29,864 nucleotides of DNA from a virus (Duplodnaviria > Heunggongvirae > Uroviricota > Caudoviricetes): positions 1 to 29,864 of IMG/VR virus record IMGVR_UViG_3300047160_006104. One strand, written 5' to 3'. The notes beneath the pieces are model-generated. The model saw nothing but the letters and a program-made list of their open reading frames with translations. It searched no databases and had not been told where the DNA came from. Below, one piece after another: positions 13,654 to 24,400 of this stretch. The translations under genes were made by a program, and so were the position numbers. Position 1 is the stretch's first letter; every line of letters begins with the position of its first letter.

Positions 13654-14157
13654 ATGGCAGTAGGTCGCACAGAGTCTGGGCATGGATCCACGGCTGAGGG
13701 TGAGGCGCGGGCGCGGGAAGGTGTTTACGGGCGGATAGCGCCGCCGCCTGACGGTGCTATCTATATCCGGGATCCGGCGGCGGCGAGGGCTGAGGCGATT
13801 CGTGAACAGTACGCCCTGTATCAGGTCAACGGGTTGGATGTGCCCGCTCATCTGCAAGCTCTTTACGATGAGTTGGCCACGCCGGCTACCGATTTGGATG
13901 TGGATTTGGTGGATGCGGTGACGGGGACGGTGTTGGCTGAGGTGGAGTTGGTGAGTGTGGATGCGCCGGTCGCGAAGTTCATTGCGGTTGATCCGCAGGC
14001 GCCGCCGGAGGTGGTTGAGGTGGCGTTAAGTGGTGAAGGCGGCGCCGGTGTTGAAGTGGCGCAACCCGAGCCCGAGCTCGAGCCGGAGCCGGAGCCGGAG
14101 CCGGAGCCTGCGGCGGAGCCGGTGACGCGGACAGCGAGAAAGACGATACGCCGCTAG
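13654..14157 (+). CDS. Hypothetical acidic protein with PE repeats and a basic C-terminus (167 aa)
   Basis: Coherent ORF ahead of the adaptor gene, ending (PE)n-AAEPVTRTARKTIRR. Confidence 0.6.
   Translation: MAVGRTESGHGSTAEGEARAREGVYGRIAPPPDGAIYIRDPAAARAEAIREQYALYQVNGLDVPAHLQALYDELATPATDLDVDLVDAVTGTVLAEVELVSVDAPVAKFIAVDPQAPPEVVEVALSGEGGAGVEVAQPEPELEPEPEPEPEPAAEPVTRTARKTIRR
14063..14109 (+). repeat. GAGCC(G/C) hexamer tandem repeat encoding Pro-Glu repeats
   Basis: CCCGAGCCCGAGCTCGAGCCGGAGCCGGAGCCGGAGCCGGAGCCT read directly. Confidence 0.8.
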
Positions 14158-14168
14158 GGGGTTGACCC

Positions 14169-14846
14169 GTGACCACATCCGAGCCTGCCGCGCTGATCGC
14201 GTCGGCTATCAGCGCCGCTTCCAGCGGTAGCACCCCGGAGCTCATCGACCCCGCCGACCCTGACTGGGTGTCCTATCAAGCTGATGATCCGCAATATTTC
14301 CTGCGGGTTGCGGGCAAAGCGGTCCGCGCCTACTGCGGCTGGCATCTTTACCCTAACCTGCGGCAAACCTTGAACAATGTGCGGATGGGGGCGCGTGGGC
14401 GGATCATGCTGCGGTCGCGTCGTGTCACCCAGGTTGATTCGCTGGCCATCATGTCCAACGCGGAAGGCACCGTCACCGGCAACCCGGTAGCCGCCGCCGA
14501 CTATGTGGTGTATGAGGACGGGTGGATACAGTTGAACGGTTACGCGTTTTGGACTGACGCGTTTTACAGCGGCTACTACTACGGCAACGACCCCTACTAT
14601 GTGCCCGTCACCCAGCCCGGGTTGGCGTCGGTCACGTTCTGGCACGGCTATGACGTGCTCCCTGAAAATGTTAAACAGGTTGCGTTTGAGTTGGCGGAGC
14701 AGGCCGCCACTTTGCGCTCGGGTAACGTGCGGATGCTTGAGGCGCCCGGCGGGTACCGCGTCCAAGTCAGCCGCGATTTCGGTCTCACCCTGAACCCGGA
14801 TCAGATGGACCGGCTGGCGAACTACCGGATTGGGATGGTGGGCTGA
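14169..14846 (+). CDS. Head-to-tail adaptor (225 aa)
   Basis: AGKAVRAYCGWHLYP and FWHGYDVLPENVKQV motifs; position after the capsid gene. Confidence 0.75.
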   Translation: MTTSEPAALIASAISAASSGSTPELIDPADPDWVSYQADDPQYFLRVAGKAVRAYCGWHLYPNLRQTLNNVRMGARGRIMLRSRRVTQVDSLAIMSNAEGTVTGNPVAAADYVVYEDGWIQLNGYAFWTDAFYSGYYYGNDPYYVPVTQPGLASVTFWHGYDVLPENVKQVAFELAEQAATLRSGNVRMLEAPGGYRVQVSRDFGLTLNPDQMDRLANYRIGMVG

Positions 14847-15271
14847 TGGCCCGCATGTTCGGGTCGGTGATTCCGTCGCCCTACATGGTGTGTCACATCG
14901 CGCGGGAAGTGTCTGACCAACTGGATCTGGACACCGGCAACAACATCATCGTCGAGCACCAGCCGGTGATTAGGTGGGCGCAGGACATCACCCAAATCGG
15001 AAGGTTACGGGGCTCCTCGAAGTTTGTGCTGACCCCCGAGTTCGCTAAACGCGTTGACACTGAACTGCATATCGCGGTGGCGGATCCGGAAACCTACGGG
15101 CCGATGGATCAGGTGCTGCTGTATCCCGAAGTTGATGTTGACGGTGACTACGTTGCGGGTACCGGGTACGCGTTTTGGGTGGATGGGGTGTCGTTCAACG
15201 CGAAGACGTCGCCGTGGCCGAACTGGACGAAAATCTTCGGCGGCATGGTCCGGATCCGCCGCGTGACTTAG
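14846..15271 (+). CDS. Head-to-tail stopper (141 aa)
   Basis: TGATG coupling, typical size and synteny, C-terminal FWVDG...P...GG.VRIRRVT. Confidence 0.65.
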   Translation: MARMFGSVIPSPYMVCHIAREVSDQLDLDTGNNIIVEHQPVIRWAQDITQIGRLRGSSKFVLTPEFAKRVDTELHIAVADPETYGPMDQVLLYPEVDVDGDYVAGTGYAFWVDGVSFNAKTSPWPNWTKIFGGMVRIRRVT

Positions 15272-15280
15272 GAGGGTGAT

Positions 15281-15892
15281 ATGACCGCCGCGTTTGGTGA
15301 AGCCGAAGGCATGATGTTCGGTGAAGGTGTCAACGCGGGCTGGGAGGAGCAAGCGGACACTACCGCCGCCACCGACGACGTCGGGGAAGCCCTGCCCAAC
15401 GGTGGGGAGTTTAAACTCGTCAACGGCCACAAGTTCGTCATCTACGACGCGCAGTGGCGGGCGCTGCTGCACCACCCCTACGTGGTCTCCGCGATCACCC
15501 AACGTGCGCAGAACATTTGCGACTACGCCAACAGCCTCGTCTCAGTGGAACCGCAAACCGCGAAACGTTTGGGTGAGATGCCGGCCTACGACATCAGTGT
15601 GCAGAACCAGCCTGACACGCAGCGTGCCCGCGCCCGGGTCAAGCCCCGCAACCTGCTGGGCCGCTTCGACGAAGCGCTGAACTCCACCCTGTATAAGGCG
15701 ATGGAACAGTATCCGTCTGACCCGAAGCCGGGTATCGGGCCAGATGAGGACACGGTGCAGCCACCCGCCCCGGACGAATACGCGACGGACATGCTCTACG
15801 CGGGGGCGCACGACCCGCGGGGTATCGGCTACACCTACAGCACCGAAGGCCACTATTCGGGTGTGGTGGAGTTCACCCCCGAGGCGCAATGA
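15281..15892 (+). CDS. Neck/tail completion protein (HK97 gp10-like position) with acidic extensions (203 aa)
   Basis: AGGAGG RBS, central WRALLHHPYVVSAITQRAQNIC segment, and synteny between stopper and terminator. Confidence 0.5.
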   Translation: MTAAFGEAEGMMFGEGVNAGWEEQADTTAATDDVGEALPNGGEFKLVNGHKFVIYDAQWRALLHHPYVVSAITQRAQNICDYANSLVSVEPQTAKRLGEMPAYDISVQNQPDTQRARARVKPRNLLGRFDEALNSTLYKAMEQYPSDPKPGIGPDEDTVQPPAPDEYATDMLYAGAHDPRGIGYTYSTEGHYSGVVEFTPEAQ

Positions 15893-16419
15893 CCACCCCC
15901 ACCAGCCCGGGGCCGCTGCCCTACCCGCCCTACGTCAGCGCGTCGGGTAACCAGTCGTTTTACACCACGATTTTCCCGCCCCCGATTCAAGGGTTGGCGA
16001 TCGCCTACTTCACCCCCAAACTGGCGCCGACCCCGGTGGCCACCCGGCTGCCGGTCCCGTCGAACACCGCCGACACCGTCAACGGGTTTTTGCGGGTGGA
16101 AGCCGCCGGGGGCTCCGTCCTCGTCGACGAACTGCTGTTCAACTGCGGCATCATCATCCACAGCTACGCCCCGAACAATCAGGAGAGCTTCGCGGAAATC
16201 CTGGCGATGCACGCGCTGGCGCACGGCGGCAACGCGCAAGGCCAACTGATCACCCACCCCACACTTCAAAGGCCCTGGTATGTGACCTATTCGCGGATAA
16301 CAGCGCTTGCTGTGCGCCAGGCTGATCCGCTGGTAAACATGACCAGATTCCGGGGGATGGTGCTGTGGCGCTGTCAGGGGATGGCTGATCCGCTGCCTCA
16401 CGATACCGACGCCGCATAA
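15889..16419 (+). CDS. Tail terminator protein (176 aa)
   Basis: ATGA coupling, PVATRLP...FLRVEAAGG motif, and position just before the major tail gene. Confidence 0.7.
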   Translation: MTTPTSPGPLPYPPYVSASGNQSFYTTIFPPPIQGLAIAYFTPKLAPTPVATRLPVPSNTADTVNGFLRVEAAGGSVLVDELLFNCGIIIHSYAPNNQESFAEILAMHALAHGGNAQGQLITHPTLQRPWYVTYSRITALAVRQADPLVNMTRFRGMVLWRCQGMADPLPHDTDAA

Positions 16420-16834
16420 GGATCAGGTGGTCCACGCGGACGCAGGCCCGGTTGTTGCAGCGGTGCCGCAGGTTGCCCGGTGGTGGTTGGCCGTGGGCGA
16501 ATTCCCAGGCGAGGCGATGCGCATACAGGACCCGATGCCCGGCCCCGATCACCCCGTACCCGGTGGTTTGTTTGCAGCCCGCCCACATGTGGCACGGGCC
16601 TAGCTCGAAGACCAGGGTGGGGCCGTTGACGTTGACGTTGTTGAAGAACCGGTCAGCCAGCGGCGCGGACTTCCCGATCGGTCCTACTGGTCCCGGGGCG
16701 CCGTAACGCAAAACACGCCGGTAGTGAAGACTGCAATATCCTCGCCGCCAGCGCGGCTTCGGGCATCCGATGACCCGGCATGTCGCTGCGATGACCTGCA
16801 GTTTACAAAATAAATTTCTCAGCCGCCCCGACAC
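16250..16834 (-). pseudogene. Antisense HNH endonuclease, apparently truncated after the DHL motif
   Basis: N-terminal CRVIGC...RGYCSLHYRR, then RFF...CHMW.G...GYG...AHRLAWE..HG..P.GNLRHRCNNRACVRVDHL. The expected T..EN segment is missing and the frame runs 170 nt antisense into the terminator gene. Confidence 0.6.
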
Positions 16835-16911
16835 GCCGCGCGTTTTGCGGATGTTTCACGGGAAACCTGCGCGAGGCTGCCTGCGTCATCCCCGAGCAAG
16901 GAGATCCCACG

Positions 16912-17508
16912 ATGACTGCTCCCACACAATTCATTTCCGCTGATGTCGCCGAGATTGCTGCCCCTAGTCCGAAGGTGACCGGCGGTGTGCGGTTCGCGCC
17001 GTTGGGCACCACGATCCCGACCGATGCTGTCACCGCGCTGGACCCGGCGTTCGTGACGTTGGGTCGCTGCTCTGCTGACGGTGTGGACAAGACCGAAGAC
17101 CGCGGCCAGGTCGACATCTACGATTGGGGCGGCAACCTGATCGCGGTGTTGCAGGACAAGTTCGGTATCACCGTCAAATTCAAGCTGCTGCAGTTGATGA
17201 ACGCTGATGTGCAGCGCGCCGCGCACGGCACCAACAACGTCACCGTGATCAACCCCACCACGTCGACGGGCACCACGATCGCGTCGCATATCAACGCGGT
17301 GCTGCTGGACACCGGCATCTGGGTCATCGACGCCTACTACCTGAAAATGTCGATGCGTTTCGTGGTGCCTTACGGCCGGCCCACCGCGATGGGTCCGATG
17401 AAATGGGTCCACAAAGAGTTAGCCATGTATGACTTGACGATTCGACCGTTCCCCGATAACGCCAACAACCATGCCTACGAATATTGGAATGACGGCATTC
17501 CGTCTTAA
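16912..17508 (+). CDS. Major tail (tube) protein (198 aa)
   Basis: AAGGAG RBS and GGVRFAPLGTTIPTDAVTALDPAFVTLG..SADGV...DWGG motif typical of actinophage tail tube proteins. Confidence 0.88.
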   Translation: MTAPTQFISADVAEIAAPSPKVTGGVRFAPLGTTIPTDAVTALDPAFVTLGRCSADGVDKTEDRGQVDIYDWGGNLIAVLQDKFGITVKFKLLQLMNADVQRAAHGTNNVTVINPTTSTGTTIASHINAVLLDTGIWVIDAYYLKMSMRFVVPYGRPTAMGPMKWVHKELAMYDLTIRPFPDNANNHAYEYWNDGIPS

Positions 17509-17540
17509 CGTGACCTGCCTGGATAGGAGGGTGGCATGTA

Positions 17541-18041
17541 ATGGCAGCTACCACGACTGCGAGGAAAGCGACTGCGCCGCGTAAAGCTGCGGCGCGGTCG
17601 CGGGCGCCGGACCCGGCGTCGTCTAACGGGCACAGCAACGGGATCAATAAACCTGAGCCTGAGCCTGAGTTGACGCCGGAGCCCTATGAGCCGCCGACGC
17701 TGATCGAGGCGCCCACAGCGGCGGAGAAAACAGAGCCGCACCCCATTTACGGGACGAAAAAGCTCTACACCTATCACCCTAAAGACAGGTCGGAGCCGAT
17801 CGTTTTCGCGCATATCTCTGAAGCTGACCCCACACCCCTGTTCTTTTACGACAACCGCAACCGCGATCAAATGCATCAAGCGTTCGCGTGGATGGATTTG
17901 TGCGGCGTTCCCGACGAGATCGGGCGGCGGGTATTTCAATTGCCGATCGATGAGCAGGCGACGTTTCTTCGGGAATGGTTCGCTGGGTTGAGTCTTACGC
18001 CCCAGCCGCCGCAGGGGGTGGCGCCGCCGGGGGAATCCTAA
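17541..18041 (+). CDS. Tail assembly chaperone, short form (166 aa)
   Basis: GGATAGGAGG RBS, located between major tail and tape measure, ends at the slippery site. Confidence 0.8.
   Translation: MAATTTARKATAPRKAAARSRAPDPASSNGHSNGINKPEPEPELTPEPYEPPTLIEAPTAAEKTEPHPIYGTKKLYTYHPKDRSEPIVFAHISEADPTPLFFYDNRNRDQMHQAFAWMDLCGVPDEIGRRVFQLPIDEQATFLREWFAGLSLTPQPPQGVAPPGES
18029..18035 (+). other. Programmed -1 ribosomal frameshift site G GGG GAA
   Basis: GGGGGAA lies two codons before the stop. The -1 frame (ORF 17975..18460) continues GGILMLGRVIGEYW..., giving a 306-aa fusion. Confidence 0.85.
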
Positions 18042-18460
18042 TGCTGGGGCGCGTTATCGGTGAGTACTGGCTTGCGCTTGTGCGTGACGTTCTGGCATTG
18101 GGATACCGCGCCGAAGACATCCTGACCGAGTTGACGGTGGCTGATATGTGCGCGATCGCGTGCGCGGCCCCACCGGGCAGCGCTGTGCGTAGCGCGTTGG
18201 ACGGCGGCTGGTCGCGGGAAGCGCAGCTGTTAGCGAACATGTCCGAGCAGAACGCCGGGATAGCGCAGATGACCACGCCCTATCAGCGGCCCGGTATCGA
18301 AGCCCGCTCCGGTTGGGGTGGGGATGACGACAAGATTTTCCACGGCGACGCGATGACCTGGGAAGAGTTCGACGAGCTGGAAGCCAAACGCGCGCAGCAC
18401 GCCGAAAACATGGCCGCTGCAGGTGTCAAACCGACCAACACCAAGGTGAGGACATTCTGA
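18041..18460 (+). CDS. Tail assembly chaperone C-terminal extension (frameshift product 17541..18460)
   Basis: The -1 frame is open to TGA 18458-18460, directly before the tape measure ATG. An in-frame ATG overlaps the short-form TAA (TAATG). Confidence 0.8.
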   Translation: MLGRVIGEYWLALVRDVLALGYRAEDILTELTVADMCAIACAAPPGSAVRSALDGGWSREAQLLANMSEQNAGIAQMTTPYQRPGIEARSGWGGDDDKIFHGDAMTWEEFDELEAKRAQHAENMAAAGVKPTNTKVRTF

Positions 18461-18461
18461 G

Positions 18462-21400
18462 ATGCCTTTTCCTGGTGAACTCGGCGCGGTCTACGTCAGT
18501 GTGGTGCCCTCTTTGGCGGGGTCGTCGGCCTCGTTCGCTGCCGGGGCGCAGGCGCACGCCGACGCGTACCTGAAATCGTTCTCCGACCGCACCTCCCAAG
18601 AACTGCCGCGGGTCCTTAAAGAGGCGATGGACCGGGCGATGGGCGGCTCCGGCGGCGCGTTCCACGGCTTGGGGGAAGGCATCGCCCAAGGTATCGGGCA
18701 GTCGATCGCGGCGTCGCTGCCGCACGCGTTGTCCTCAGCGTTCTCCAACGTGTCCGGCGGGTCGATCGCGCAGCTGCTGCTCGGCAAATTCGCGCCGGAA
18801 ATGGCGAAAGTCGCCGAAAACTTCGGGCTGTTCGGGCAGCAGCACTCCAAAGCCTACAGGGAGGCGTTCGAGCGGCACTTCAGTGAGGCCGGCGGGGTGG
18901 CGTCCACCGCCACCAAAGAGTTCGAAAAAATCGGGACGGCGTCGAAGAACGCGGCGCTGACCGCGGCGGAGTTGTGGGCGCTCAGCGGGAAAGCCCGCGA
19001 ACACGCCGGAGCGGTGAAAGAAGCCGCCGAATCCATGCGGGCGTTCGGCGTCACTCAGCGGGCGGTGTTCACCGAAAACGTGGCGCACTGGACGAACGTG
19101 ATCGCCGCGACCAAGGCGCTGGGCGGCAAGATGGGCGAAGCTGTCCGCCAGTGGTCGCCGGAAGCTAACGCGGCGATGGATTTGGTCGGCGACGGCATGG
19201 CTAAAGCCATGTCCAGCAAGATGAAACTCGGCCTGGTCGGGATCGGTTTGATGGCCGCCGACGTCCTGGTCAAAGACGTCAAAAACGTTGTGCATCTCGT
19301 CGAGCACGAATTCGACGCGTTCGCCCAGGTCGGTAAACACGGCGCCGAAACGCTGGTTGAAGGCTTCACGTCGATCGTCGAAGGCAAAATGCCCAACATG
19401 ATGCGGGCCTTCGACGTGTTGGAAGAGGGTTTCCAGAAGGTCATCAACCTGCCGTTCGACGTGTTGCGGACCGAAATTGACAACACCATCGGGCACATCC
19501 CGATTTTGGGTCGAATCTTCAAAGTCCCGCTCGACATGGCGCAAGGCGCGATGAACGCGATCTTCCCGTTCTTCGACGAGTTCAAAAACCTGGGCGGCCA
19601 GGTGATGAACACGATGATGCAGATCGGCAACGAATATCAGGAGATGACCCGCATAATCGCGGGTTCCACCGTCGACACCGGCGCCATCGAAAAATACGCC
19701 GGCGCTGTGCGCGACATCATGGCTTCGGGTGCTGTGGTGCATTTCGAGGACGTCGCCGAAAACATTGGACGCTTGTCGGCGAACATTTCCGGTCTGGACA
19801 TGAGTCACCTCAAAGAGTTGACCACCACCCTGGCCGAAGCCGACGAGTTGGTCGGCCATATCGACGCCACGAAGTTCGCCGGCATCTTGAACGCCTGGGA
19901 TTTGGACGGCAAGCAGGCCAACGAAACGTTGACGATGCTGGTCAACACCGCCCGCCAAACCGGCATCGAGTTCAACATGATGACCGACGAGATGACCCGT
20001 GTCGGGCCGGCGATGCGGGAACTGGGCTACGACGCGGCGCAGTCGGCGACGTTCTTCGCGAAGATGACTCAGGAAGGTGAACGCGGCACCCGGCTGATCT
20101 TCGGAATGAACGAAATCGTCACCAAGATGAGCGCGCTGGTGGAACGCGGCGTGTTCAGAAGCGTTCAAGAGGGCTGGGAAGGCCTCGTCGCCGGCGTACA
20201 GAAACTCGCTGCGCAAGGCAGCGCCGCCGCCGACAGCATGGCCATATCGCTGCTCAAGCAGTACACCACCCCGTCCACCGCGAGCCTGCTGTATGAGGAT
20301 TTGAAAAACCACATCCTCGACGCCTCCTCGGCGATGAAAGTTCTGCAAGGCACCGACCAAGACCTGGGCGAGGCGGTGGAGAAAACGAAAAGCCTCGGCC
20401 AGGCGTTTGAGGTGTTGGGACAGCAGGTCCGCGCCGGGCTGGCGCCGATCGGTGTCGGGCTGGCTGAAGCATTAGTCGGGATGAGCGACAAAGTCGGGAA
20501 CTGGCTGAAAGAAAACCAGGGCAAACTGGTGCACTGGGGCGCTGAATTCGCCCAAACGTTCCTCGGCATCATGGGTCAAGCCACGTCGACGATGATGAGT
20601 ATCGTCTCGGCGGCCGGGCCGCTGTTCGAAGCGTTCGCCAAGGCGATCAGCGGCTACGCCATCTACATCACCGATGTGCTGCGGCCAGTGTTCAGCGCTT
20701 TGAGTCATCTGCCGGGGCTTGGCCCGACGATGGGCAGTGTCGCTGACGCGCTGCAAAAAATGCGGACCGTAGCAGGTGAAGGTTTCGACATACCCATCGC
20801 CAAAGCGCTCAGCGAAGCCAACAGCAAAGTGCAGGAATTCGTCAGCAACACCATCCCGCAACTACAAAGCGGCCTGGGTCAGATCGATTCGAACTTCCAG
20901 AAAACCGATGAGATCACCAAAGCGTTCACCGAGAACTTCGGCGGGAAACTGACCGAAGCGTTCCAAGTAGTCACCGACGCCGCCGGCAAACCAGGCCTGC
21001 AACTGCTCGGCACCCCCGAACAGTGGGATGAGGTCATCAACAAGCTCAAAGCTCAAGGCATCAGACTCAAACGCGACATCGCCGGCGACATCATCGACAT
21101 CCAATTCGACTCGCCGGAAGCCAAAGCCAGGTTAGACAAATGGTGGGACGAGAACGTCACCAACTCCACCAATAAGAAACCTGCCAACGTCAAGATGCAG
21201 GCCCAGAATAAGTCCGGCACCAACATCGACTCCACCAGTGATCTGCTGGAGACCGGGACCGCGAAACTCAACCTGGAGGTGCAATCATCTGGGCCGAGCG
21301 CGCCTATCATCCAGATCGGCCCGCCGGCGGCCCTTAGCGTCACCCAACCCGCGCCCGCGCCCGCGCCGCCCGCGCACGCGGCGGGGGGTTACATCGACAG

Positions 21401-24400
21401 CTACGGCTTCGTTCACGGCTCAGGTCCCGGCAACGTCGACTCGGTCGGGCCGGTCAAACTCCCCATCGGTAGCTACGTGATCCGTAAACCGATGGTCGAC
21501 CAGTACGGGGCGTTTCTGCGCAGCCAGCCGGTCAGCCGCGCTAACGGCGGCTACATGGACGCGATGCTCGCCCCCGGTGAGATGGTCATGCCGCCCGGCG
21601 GCCCCACCGGTTTGTGGGCGGCGATCAACTCCGGCGCCGCCGGCTTCCAAGACGGCGGCGAGACCGGTGGGCTGCCGTTTTTCCAACACGCATCCGCGCA
21701 GACCGCCGAGCAGCCCTACCGCCGCGACGTCGTCAAAGAACTGCTACTCGGTGTGTTCAAAGGGGCCGCGAAAGGGATCGGCCTGAACCTTGACTGGCTG
21801 GGCAAACCCAAAGAAATGGCCGGCACCACCGGCGCCCCCTACACCATGACGGTGACCGTACCAGCGGGCAGCCCCGCCGCCGGGGCGCCGCCCACTGGCT
21901 ACGCCCCCTACGCGCCCAGCACGGCAGGTCAAACCGGGCCGGGCCATGTCGGGATGCCGGCAGATGCCGGGAACATGGCCACCTACATCCGATCCCAAGG
22001 CAAAGCGGCCGGATTAACACCCACCGAGATCGGCATGGTGCTGGCCGTCATGCAGCACGAAGGGAAAGGACCCACCGGCAACTATTCGATGGGTTTCGGG
22101 CCGGAAGCCAAAGCGCAGGGATACAACTTCGACGAAGACCCGCTGAGCGCGGTCGACCAATTCCTACGCCAATACACCAGCCGCTTCGGGCGGCGGCCCA
22201 ACCTTGACCGTAACGACGCCAACCAAGTCGCTGAATACATTTGGCATGTTGTCCACGGCGCCGCTGACCCCAACTACGTCGCCGGCTTATTCTCCGTGTA
22301 TCCCGGCCCCGTCGCGTTCGGCGCGGGAGGGTTGGCCGGCTTCGCCAACGGCGGCGGCGCGGACGATTTGCTGGCCGTCACCGGGCTAGGCGACATCAAC
22401 AAACCCGCACCGGGGCCGTCCTCCACCATGCTAGGTCTGCTGGGATCGGCTAAGCCGTCGGCCGCGGCATCACTGCTCTACAACGTTTTATACCCCGACC
22501 CGACGAACCTGCCGAAGCCACGCCAGCCCAAAGACTGGTACAGCATGGTGGCTCCGCAAGGAGCAGCGAAAGATGTTGGTGGTTCCGGGTTTGTGTCGCC
22601 GCATCTGTGGGGGCCAGGTGCCTACATGGCACCCGGGCCGCCGCAACGTCTAGGGCCGCTCACCGACAAGTTAGGCCGGCTCAAATACAACGTGGACCTG
22701 TCGCTGCAGGGCGAGGCGTTGTTGGACCGCCCCGGCACACATATCAACCGGCCGCCGGGCATGAGCGACGCCGACTACGCCGCGCTCACCCGCGCACCTG
22801 GGATGTTCGATCCGCGCATGACGCTCGACCCCAGCCGGACAAGAATCTACGACGAGCACGACCCTATGAACGTGGCCCGCATGGCGTGGAATGCCGGGGC
22901 GACCGCGACCGAAATGATGCTTGACCCGGCCAGATATTTCGGTGGTCACGAACACGGCGAACTCGACAAGCCCGGTGCCGCGCACCCGACACTGTCATCT
23001 TGGCAAGAATGGTTGAACCCAACCGGCCTGTTCAAATGGGTGCACATACCCCGATTCAACAAGGGCGGTCATGGTGACGACTGTGGTTGCCCGATGTGTA
23101 AAGGCGGTGCGGTCGGTTTCAATGTGGGTGGTTTAGCGGTCCCGCTGAACACTGAAGGCGCCCAGGCTGACACCATCGCCGTCGCTGAAGCGATCGCGCA
23201 AACCTACAACCTGCCGGGCTCGATGATGCAGATGTATTACCCCGCTGACGATTTACGCGAGCATTCCTCCGGTGAAGCTGTCGACGTGATGGTCGGGCTG
23301 GACAACATGACGCTGGGGAACGCGGTGCGGGACTACGCGTTGGCCAACCATGACTATTACGGCGTCGAATACGCGATCTGGCAGCAAACATTGTGGTATC
23401 CCAACGGCACCAACGAGAAAATGGGGGATCGGGGTTCCCCCCGCCAAAACCACCGTGACCATGTGCATATCCGCACCGCGGGCGGCGGTTTCCCTAAAGG
23501 TCAACAGCCCGGCCCGGACTGGGCTAAAGGTGTCCCGGGAACAGGGTGGACATCGCAGACCCCGGCTACCGGGGCTGTCTATCTGGACTCCGCGGGCCTA
23601 CCGGCCGGCACCCCCGTCGGCGGCGCACCCGGCGGGGCTGGCGGCGCTCCCGGGGTGACAACGTCCACCGCCACACCGGGAGAACTGGTTCCACGCCAAT
23701 ACCCGACACCCAACATTCCGATCGGGCCGCAAGGACCCCAAGGCGCGTACACCCCGTTCATTCCCGGCCACACCCCGCTCGGTGTCACTCCCTACAACTA
23801 TCAGCAGTGGACCGCCGCCTACATCGAACGAGACAAAGAGATAGGGAAACTGTCCAGCGACATCCAAACACAAACCCAACAAATTGCCGACATCACCCGA
23901 CAGCGGGATTTGTGGCACAACTATTGGGAGACGTTGAACACCAAATATCAGCAGGAATATGCCCAGGATCCGCGGCTGGCGCTTCTTGACACAGAAACGC
24001 AGAACAAAATGAAAAACGCCGCGAGTAAGGAATCCGAATTCAACAAGCAGCTCGCGGGCCTATCAGGTCAAATAACGGATGAGAACGCGCAGATGGAGGC
24101 GCTGCGGGCTAAAGGGATGCCGCTGCCCACCACCGACGAGAAATATTTGACGGTTTCTCAGCAACTGGGTGCGGGCCTAGTGAAAGGAATCTTTCAGGAA
24201 CTCGGGTTCCCTGACGTGTTCGGCAAAGCGGTCACGTCGTGGGGACTGTGGAAACTGGCGATGGGTGGGCTGGGTTACGGGATAGATTTGTGGCAGCAGT
24301 TCAAAGGCGCTCAAGAGGCGCCGCATTACGGCACTCGTGCACCTGCCGGCCCGGTCAGCACGGCTCCTAGCGCCGCCAACATCGCCGGCGTCAACGCGGC

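Noticed and set aside
18735-20360. Long alternative-frame and antisense ORFs (e.g. 18735..20360 -, 3632..4801 +, 8041..9087 +, 1522..2385 +)
   Set aside because: They overlap well-supported genes and have Arg/Pro/Gly-rich shadow composition typical of high-GC DNA, with no motifs or RBS.
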